From a virus: a DNA stretch of 64,000 bases. Of the stretch, positions 57,745 to 64,000 are shown piece after piece. The DNA lies in IMG/VR virus record IMGVR_UViG_3300025732_000020, positions 32,001-96,000 of that record; one strand, given 5' to 3'. The position numbers were made by a program, and so were the translations under genes. Under the pieces are notes generated by a model. That model worked only from the letters and a program-made list of their open reading frames with translations, was not told the origin of the DNA and did not search any database. Every line of letters begins with the position of its first letter. The stretch's first letter is position 1.

Positions 57745-58092
57745 TTAAGATACTCTTATTCTGAGAAAACTACCTGTTCTGTACACTCCTCCGATAGGAA
57801 CTGGATTTGGATCTAGAGCAGCTTGGGCATCATCTGAAAATTCTCTTATGCCGGTGAAATCAATACGATCAAAAGTAACTGTTCCTCCAGAGCGATCGCC
57901 ATATCTTCTTATTGTCCCAGTAGAATCTGCATAATAGACCTCGTCTAAAACTTCATTTAAAAATAACTCCCCCCGGTACATGTTAGAGGAATTATTGTCA
58001 TGTAGGTTTTGTAAATATTCCTTATCATGCGTAGAATCCGATGTAAATCTAATTCCCCAGCGGTGAAAAGGAGGCTGTGGAGTAGCGGGCAT
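57745..58092 (-). CDS. Small structural protein with fibre-anchor-like motif
   Basis: GELFLNEVLDEVYYADSTG; C-terminal FSDDAQAA...VPIGGVYRTGSFLRIRV. Confidence 0.6.
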   Translation of the reverse strand: MPATPQPPFHRWGIRFTSDSTHDKEYLQNLHDNNSSNMYRGELFLNEVLDEVYYADSTGTIRRYGDRSGGTVTFDRIDFTGIREFSDDAQAALDPNPVPIGGVYRTGSFLRIRVS

Positions 58093-58121
58093 TTTCTTAT
58101 TTAGTAACTAATTATATTAGT

Positions 58122-58129
58122 CTTTAAAC
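58122..58129 (-). promoter_or_regulatory. GTTTAAAG motif on minus
   Basis: CTTTAAAC about 30 nt upstream of the ATG at 58092. Confidence 0.55.
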
Positions 58130-58181
58130 TCTGAAACTATTACTCAGGTAAAAAGTTGAGGTTACTTTTTAACTTTAACTT

Positions 58182-58210
58182 TTAACTTTTACAAACTAAC
58201 CTGATATAAT
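58182..58210 (+). promoter_or_regulatory. Host sigma70-type promoter (extended -10)
   Basis: TTAACT (58182-87), 17 bp spacer, TATAAT (58205-10) preceded by TGn; 26 nt before the kinase ATG. Confidence 0.6.
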
Positions 58211-58236
58211 ATTTTAGTAAGTAAGCTGGAAGAAGT

Positions 58237-58800
58237 ATGTATCCTCACACAATCGTAGTCCTCGGGGCTGATCGAGTTGGAAAATCTAGTATCGTTAAAA
58301 ATACTCAAGATGAGTTGATCTCCCGCGATGTATGTGTCCGTTCACTTCACTTCTCTGGACCTCAACCTCATCATCATACTCCCATCCAGCAATACCTCGA
58401 TCCTTTTCAATCTGCCATTGAGGAAAAAGCTCAAGTAGTTATCTGCGATCGTGGATTCTCAGAGGTATGTTTTTATGAGAAGTTCCGCCGTCACATCGAG
58501 ATCTCAGAAGAATGGGCTAATTCCGCCGAGTCTTTCTTCTCTGCTTACAGTCAGACGATTAAAGTTTTTCTTATTGAGCGGAACTGGGAATGGAGTCTTC
58601 CTCATCACATTATCGAAGTTAATGACCTCTATCCAAATTGTTCCGATTATTTCCTAGAGATGCAACTCAAAGTTAGGAAAAAAGAGCATGAGGAGTATTA
58701 CTCCTATATGAAGGACTATCTCTCTAACCGCTCGCTTCTTTCAGACGTTCAGATTATCTCTCCCACTTCCAAAAGTTTCTCTTTGGCTAATGTGGTTTAA
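58237..58800 (+). CDS. P-loop nucleotide kinase, thymidylate-kinase-like
   Basis: N-terminal IVVLGADRVGKSS Walker A and VICDRG motif typical of dNMP kinases. Confidence 0.65.
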   Translation: MYPHTIVVLGADRVGKSSIVKNTQDELISRDVCVRSLHFSGPQPHHHTPIQQYLDPFQSAIEEKAQVVICDRGFSEVCFYEKFRRHIEISEEWANSAESFFSAYSQTIKVFLIERNWEWSLPHHIIEVNDLYPNCSDYFLEMQLKVRKKEHEEYYSYMKDYLSNRSLLSDVQIISPTSKSFSLANVV

Positions 58801-58802
58801 AG
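58795..58802 (+). promoter_or_regulatory. GTTTAAAG motif overlapping the kinase stop codon
   Basis: About 32 nt before the ATG at 58834, the start of the hub operon. Confidence 0.5.
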
Positions 58803-58833
58803 ATCTTTGAATAGATATAGGAATTATTACCCT

Positions 58834-59556
58834 ATGGCAACCGTACTTAACACCGGTCTTCATCGTAAGATCGGCATGGAGTTTGAATATAAAATCTCCT
58901 TCCAAGAGTTTCTAACCGAGGCCATCACCTCACCTCTTGTTTCCTCGTATAACTCTGGTTCTAATACCCCAACAGCGCGTAATCAGTTTGTAGATAATTT
59001 CTTCACTTGTGGGCCTTCGATGGGATTTGAGGCTAAGCGTGCTGCTTATGGAGCCCTTGAGTTGGTTGTGGGCGCTCTGGTCGCTAATGCAAATGTCCCT
59101 GCTGCTGACAAAACTGCTCTCAACGACCAACTTGTTAACATTACTCGTTATGTCGGTTTGACAGGCGATGGCGACTTCCATTTCATGGTAGCCACTTTCA
59201 ACCTCGCAGAGACCATTTCATATATCACAGCTGATGTGGTCCCCGCTCCTCAGGCACCTACCGGTACTATCGTAACTCTAACCCTCCTTGATGGAGGAAG
59301 TGGATATACCGATACAGTTGATGGAACTGCCGATGGTGAGATTACCGTTGCATTCAACTCTACCGAATCCGCCAATCCCGTAGGATATACAGCTGGAGCC
59401 GGTACAGTATCTATCGATGCCGGTGAGGTTATTTCTATCGATGCTATCACTAATGGTGGTGCTGGATTTAAGGTTGGTCAGATCGTGACAATTACTCATG
59501 CCGGAGCGGATAATGGTGACACGCCTGCCTTCGCTGAGGTAACTGCCGTTTCGTAA
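58834..59556 (+). CDS. Putative abundant virion protein with C-terminal GGxGY beta-module
   Basis: ATG at 58834 with AGGA upstream; TLLDGGSGYT...ITNGGAGFKVGQIVTI module; capsid-like codon choice. Confidence 0.6.
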   Translation: MATVLNTGLHRKIGMEFEYKISFQEFLTEAITSPLVSSYNSGSNTPTARNQFVDNFFTCGPSMGFEAKRAAYGALELVVGALVANANVPAADKTALNDQLVNITRYVGLTGDGDFHFMVATFNLAETISYITADVVPAPQAPTGTIVTLTLLDGGSGYTDTVDGTADGEITVAFNSTESANPVGYTAGAGTVSIDAGEVISIDAITNGGAGFKVGQIVTITHAGADNGDTPAFAEVTAVS

Positions 59557-59568
59557 TCCAGGTAAGAT

Positions 59569-62500
59569 GTGTCTAGTCTGTATCGGTGCAAAGCTAGAGT
59601 AGCCTATAAGCCTTTCAATTCTGAGAGGCTTATTGTCTTCGAGGAAAAACAAATCCAAGAGCTAAATGTAAAGCTCAAATGGAATAATTCTTTTTCCTCA
59701 ATGAATTCACAAGGTGCCGATTCGGCAGGCACCTACACATCTGCAATAAGTCAATCAACCTGCCAGGTTACCATCTCCGATCCGTACTTAACCGGGGCGG
59801 CCTGGCCTGCTTTATTTGACGCTGCTTCAATGTGGTCAGCGTCTAATACAGCTCAAACAAATAACATTATTTTACCTCCCTGCGGTAAGGATCAAGATCC
59901 AGTAAGAGATAAGTGTTTTAACTATGGATCGATAGATGATTCAGCACTTGTTAATTCTGACGGGTCCTCCAGAGAACTATCAAGTACCTTTGCACATATC
60001 ATAATTTCGCTATGGTACGAGGTAAATGGCACGTCATTTGGCTCTGATTATTACTTCAGGGTAAATAGAATTAGTATTAATCACGGAGCTAACTTCCCGT
60101 CTGTGACTTTGGCGGGAACTGATCCTAAAAGTGTAGTCTTCAACCAAAACCTTATCAACGTTAAGTTTGATGAGGGGATGTCAGTTGAAGAGGCATTAAA
60201 GAAAATTGCTGAGGAAACCGGATATAAAGCTAGTTTCTGTGTTCCTCCAGGTGGAAAAACAACTGATCCATATATCCTCCCAAGATCATTAATCTACAAA
60301 GGCGTTACTCCTGATGAGGCAATGAAAAAACTCATCGGGGCTACTGGCGGCGCAATGCTCTCCCTCCCCATAAAAGAACACGGGAATACCGTAAGTATTT
60401 GCACTCGTGGAGACCAGGTGGGAAGCTGCACAGTATTTTACCTTGGTAAGGGTCTCTATGAATCGTATCAGATTGACGGAGAGCCCCCTGCCACATTTGC
60501 TCTAAGAAATACTCAGAATGGCGCCAGCATTAACAACGGAGATCCATACGTCTCCGCAAGTTTTGCCGCAGAAAAATACTCCCTAAAGGAAGTAATTAAG
60601 CAAAAAAGAATTAAGGCACTTGAGAAAGTAAAAAAAGTCACTTTCCCAGATCTCTTCAAACCTTGTGAAAAGAGGTGTCAAGGGCCACTTAAGACCGGAT
60701 ATGGATGGACCGGAGCAGGTCCTAATGTAGAAAATAAAAGATACACGGATGTAAACTTTTATGGCATTGCTCCTAATGGTACCCAAGCGATTTCTTATCT
60801 CCCAGGTAAGGTAGAAAGTGCCTCGGAAGAGGAGGGGAAGGTAGTTGTTAAGACTGAGTTTTGGTTACAGATTTGTAAAGATGATAAGTCAGAGAAGTGT
60901 TTCGGTCGGTATGTATACCAAGAGTCTACCAATCTTTCCAAGGTAAAAGTAAAACGAGGTGATGAAGTAAAAGTTTCACAGGAGATCGGTTCATCGGAGA
61001 GTAATAAAAAAGAACTAGTTAGGTTTTATGTACTTGGTCATACTAACGAGTATACCACTCTAGATCCTCAACTTATTTGGAATTGGGCATCTCCTGCTGA
61101 GACTGCCGCGGACTTCCAAAACAAAAATGCTCCCACTGGACCCGGTAATAGCGTAGTAACTCCTGCGCCTAAACAATCCCTCAAAGACTGGAAAGCAACT
61201 ACAACTGCTAAACCTAATAAGGTCTTATTGATGGCTGGCCACGCCGATTTTCCATCAGGTGCGCCTAATGAAAGAGAGTTAAATATAGAACTAGTAAAAT
61301 GGGCGCAACGTAATGCCCAGGCATATGGCATCTCTGATTACATTGAGGTGTATCTACCCTCCTCATCAAATCTACCAGAGAATGATCCACGTTCTCAATT
61401 TAGCAAAACTTCTCAGGCAGCAAGTGCTGGCAAACAGGTAATTGAAATCCACAATGATGCTGCTTCAGGGCATAGTGGGGTAATACCACCAACAGGGGGA
61501 AAAAGAATCTGGCAATTAGACGATGCCCTTGCATCATCATATGGATCCTTTAGTGTCAACCACCGAGATGGATTAGGCGTTCCTAAGAGAGGAGGAACAA
61601 TACTCGAGGTAGGTAGGATGGACGGAGGAACTACGAGAGTATTTACTTCTGGTACTCCTGCTCAAAAGGAGGCATTATATAAGCAACTTATGGATCCCGT
61701 AATGAGATCTATAGCTCAGGAAAAAGCTCGGAATGCTGGAACTGCCACTCCTTCCCCACAACCTACTCAAGGGCCTAATGGATCTGGGGGATTTGATGGA
61801 TTTGTTGGTAAAGTAGGTGATACCGGTAACTCCTATGGATCACACGTTCATGTCGAAGCAGTTCCAAGGAATTCTGTTACAGAAACAGAATTAGATAGTC
61901 TAGTATCCAAATATGTAAAATTTGCTGGTAAGTCTAGGGGAAGAGGATTTAGTGGGCATGGATATCCTGGTATTGATTACCCGGCCCCAGAAGGAACGCC
62001 AATATACATAATTGGCGGAGCGTCCGTTTCCCAGATAGAGAGTACTGGTTGTACTAATGGAGATAAACGTTGTGGCGGTGGATTTGGTAATAGTCTTCTT
62101 ATTAAAACTCCAGAAGGAAAAGTACTTAGATTGGCTCACCTTCAAGGTAAATCGATCCCTCCTAATCTACCCGGTCTAACAAGTTCTGACTCAGGTGGTA
62201 ATACAGAACCAACTATTGCTACTGCCCCGTCAAATAAAGCTTTGACTATTGAGACTTCTTTTAAGGGAGTACCACGTGCCCTGCGAATCACCCCAGGGCG
62301 GACTGTGTTGTCTTTCGTTACTGACTACGACAAATGGCTCGATAATGGAGGGCCGCGTGGCCAAGATCCATCCACAGACCCCGGCGTCTGGATACCTTCA
62401 AGGTTTAGGAACTGGTTTGTAGGGGAAGTGGATTTTGTTTGGAGGCAAGGGGACCTAAGAGTTAACATCGAGGCAAGTAACGCCTGGGGTAATAGTGTCA

Positions 62501-63207
62501 TCTCAGCTCCGACATTCTCAGAATATCTCCAAGGGAAGAAAGGCGCCGGGGAGTTTGAAAAAACTAATGATTACTATGGATACATAAGATCCATTGGCGA
62601 TCTATGTTTCCCGATTAAGAAGGAAGATGGGAAATTGAGCGACTCGTGCAAAGAAAATTGTAGAGAGGCCCAAGAGTTTTACAAGAAGTATGGTTCTGGT
62701 ACTCAAGAGGATACTGGAGCAAACGGTTCCTCTGGGTCGTTCCCCGCTGCAAATTGTAAGACAGGAGATCCAAAAAAGGACGCTATTATAAATGCCCTCT
62801 ATTCTGCAGGTTTAAAAACCCCTAACGCACTTGCTGGGGCACTTGGTAACCTCCAGGCAGAAAGTGGATTTGATCATAATGTTCATAATACTTCCAAGCA
62901 AGGAACTACTTGTGTTACAGTATCTGGAGTACCAGAAAAGTGTTATGGGTTGGTTCAATGGGGAGGTTCCCGTAAAACAGAAATTATTGCCAAATGTGGC
63001 CAAACAAGCACATTACAATGTCAGCTTGAGTTCATGGTACAGGAAGTGAAAAAGAGAGGTGGGGGTGTGGTAGAAGGTATGAATAGTGCTTCGAGTGCAT
63101 CAGCAGCGGCTGAAATATGGAGAACAAAATACGAAGTTGGTAGTGGAGGAATAGCGGAAAGGCAACAATATGCTGAACAGATAGTTAAAACTATTACGTG
63201 CGGATAA
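59569..63207 (+). CDS. Baseplate hub (late control D/gp27-like) fused to amidase_3, M23-like and phage tail lysozyme domains
   Basis: Hub pattern TCQVTISDP...SVEEALKKIAEETG and FKGVPRALRITPGRTV; amidase AGH..E..IEIHND..LEVG; M23 GKVGDTGNSYGSHVHVE and GGGFGN..AHL; lysozyme GNLQAESG..YGLVQW..QLEF. Confidence 0.8.
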   Translation: MSSLYRCKARVAYKPFNSERLIVFEEKQIQELNVKLKWNNSFSSMNSQGADSAGTYTSAISQSTCQVTISDPYLTGAAWPALFDAASMWSASNTAQTNNIILPPCGKDQDPVRDKCFNYGSIDDSALVNSDGSSRELSSTFAHIIISLWYEVNGTSFGSDYYFRVNRISINHGANFPSVTLAGTDPKSVVFNQNLINVKFDEGMSVEEALKKIAEETGYKASFCVPPGGKTTDPYILPRSLIYKGVTPDEAMKKLIGATGGAMLSLPIKEHGNTVSICTRGDQVGSCTVFYLGKGLYESYQIDGEPPATFALRNTQNGASINNGDPYVSASFAAEKYSLKEVIKQKRIKALEKVKKVTFPDLFKPCEKRCQGPLKTGYGWTGAGPNVENKRYTDVNFYGIAPNGTQAISYLPGKVESASEEEGKVVVKTEFWLQICKDDKSEKCFGRYVYQESTNLSKVKVKRGDEVKVSQEIGSSESNKKELVRFYVLGHTNEYTTLDPQLIWNWASPAETAADFQNKNAPTGPGNSVVTPAPKQSLKDWKATTTAKPNKVLLMAGHADFPSGAPNERELNIELVKWAQRNAQAYGISDYIEVYLPSSSNLPENDPRSQFSKTSQAASAGKQVIEIHNDAASGHSGVIPPTGGKRIWQLDDALASSYGSFSVNHRDGLGVPKRGGTILEVGRMDGGTTRVFTSGTPAQKEALYKQLMDPVMRSIAQEKARNAGTATPSPQPTQGPNGSGGFDGFVGKVGDTGNSYGSHVHVEAVPRNSVTETELDSLVSKYVKFAGKSRGRGFSGHGYPGIDYPAPEGTPIYIIGGASVSQIESTGCTNGDKRCGGGFGNSLLIKTPEGKVLRLAHLQGKSIPPNLPGLTSSDSGGNTEPTIATAPSNKALTIETSFKGVPRALRITPGRTVLSFVTDYDKWLDNGGPRGQDPSTDPGVWIPSRFRNWFVGEVDFVWRQGDLRVNIEASNAWGNSVISAPTFSEYLQGKKGAGEFEKTNDYYGYIRSIGDLCFPIKKEDGKLSDSCKENCREAQEFYKKYGSGTQEDTGANGSSGSFPAANCKTGDPKKDAIINALYSAGLKTPNALAGALGNLQAESGFDHNVHNTSKQGTTCVTVSGVPEKCYGLVQWGGSRKTEIIAKCGQTSTLQCQLEFMVQEVKKRGGGVVEGMNSASSASAAAEIWRTKYEVGSGGIAERQQYAEQIVKTITCG

Positions 63208-63891
63208 ATGATACCAGCAGTAATAGCCAGCGGGATAATGGCGGCGGTTTTAAACTCCGCCAAGAAGCAATTACTTGAGACTGCTAAGTCCCAACTAATT
63301 AAGTCACAAAAAGAGGCTTTAAGAAAAGACCTACTCGCTAAAGTCTCCCAGCAATACACCCGCGAAGCTGAACACAACTTTAGTCAGTATATCAGAGCTC
63401 TCGAATCAGCTCAGGTGGAGGTAAGCTTTGAAGGAAAACCTGGTGAGGCTTTCATTACGAGAGCGCAGTCTGCAGTCAGAGAATTAGAGAGCTATATTGA
63501 CAAACAGAACCCCGACGGCGCAGTTATCCAATTCCTTAAAAAACGATACAATGAGGAGGGAATTAATATAATCACCGGGAGATTGTACGCAGGTCATCTT
63601 GTAAATAAAAAATCTCAAGGGGTCTATGAGATAGCAAACAAGATGGGTTATGCCGCTCCAGTGGATAAAAGAAAGCCTTGGTTGTCTAGCGAGAAGACAA
63701 CTCAAGGGATCGAAGAGATGATGGCAAATGCCGCTCAAGAGATTTTTGAACTTAGTTTTGAAGACCTTGATTTGAGTTCTGACTTTGCTTTATTAAAGTT
63801 TACTCCTGGAGGCACTGGATTTAAACCCTCGCAAAAAATGTCCAACAAACCTCCCACTAAAAAATCTAGTAAGAAGAAAAAACGGAAGTAA
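63208..63891 (+). CDS. Hypothetical protein, weak neck/tail-completion (HK97 gp10/Mu gpG-like) pattern
   Basis: ITGRLYAGH...IANKMGYAAPVD; basic C-terminal tail. Confidence 0.45.
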   Translation: MIPAVIASGIMAAVLNSAKKQLLETAKSQLIKSQKEALRKDLLAKVSQQYTREAEHNFSQYIRALESAQVEVSFEGKPGEAFITRAQSAVRELESYIDKQNPDGAVIQFLKKRYNEEGINIITGRLYAGHLVNKKSQGVYEIANKMGYAAPVDKRKPWLSSEKTTQGIEEMMANAAQEIFELSFEDLDLSSDFALLKFTPGGTGFKPSQKMSNKPPTKKSSKKKKRK

Positions 63892-63892
63892 C

Positions 63893-64000
63893 TTATCCGT
63901 AGTACTTTGATCCCTTTTCGAGATTAGCCTTAGCACTTAGGGCTTGGAGTCTAGCATTGATGGCATGGTAGTCAAACCAACTCTCAGCAAGAGACGTGTC
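63893..64000 (-). CDS. C-terminal fragment of a gene entering from the right edge
   Basis: Manual translation ...DTSLAESWFDYHAINARLQALSAKANLEKGSKYYG*, convergent with 63208-63891. Confidence 0.6.
   Translation of the reverse strand, partial: DTSLAESWFDYHAINARLQALSAKANLEKGSKYYG

Noticed and set aside
58166-58192. Canonical cyanobacterial Pho box
   Set aside because: Half-sites match but repeat at 6-7 bp instead of 11 bp, and they face the kinase rather than phoH; kept only as a low-interest note.
3414-63207. Interpretation as a capsid-less contractile injection system (eCIS/tailocin)
   Set aside because: Capsid, protease-scaffold and portal genes are present, together with phage nucleotide-metabolism genes.
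1-64000. Diversity-generating retroelement, invertase shufflon or CRISPR mini-array driving fibre variation
   Set aside because: No reverse transcriptase, recombinase, adenine-specific TR/VR pair or regularly spaced repeat array was seen; fibre repeats differ mainly at synonymous positions. Elements outside the window cannot be excluded.

Overview
64 kb of a large, AT-rich, gene-dense tailed phage genome with a contractile tail (myovirus morphology), almost entirely virion-structural. The head is of Mu-like/lambda-E type: major capsid protein truncated at the left edge (missed by the ORF track), DUF2190-like cement protein, Mu gpI-like protease-scaffold fusion and DUF935 (Mu gp29-like) portal. 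Tail sheath, tail tube, a tail-chaperone pair and a baseplate hub fused to several peptidoglycan-hydrolase domains are recognisable. Roughly 35-37 kb encodes adsorption-type proteins: Thr/Gly/Ala-rich fibres (up to 2166 aa), a beta-helix tailspike, a beta-propeller, two paralogous RYQPG proteins and LRR proteins. Non-structural genes are few (dCMP deaminase, PhoH, a P-loop kinase). Motif types suggest a cyanophage (inference, not proven). No terminase, tape measure, integrase, RT, tRNA or CRISPR was recognised. The most notable observations are a strand-oriented GTTTAAA(G) element in front of most transcription units (candidate late promoter), a structured leader upstream of phoH, a hub with amidase, permuted M23 and lysozyme domains, plant-type LRRs in a probable virion protein, shared N- and C-terminal motifs among the fibre genes, and a repeated aromatic/Met/His-small-Glu motif in the scaffold and portal. 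All family calls are by motif recognition, with no database search.
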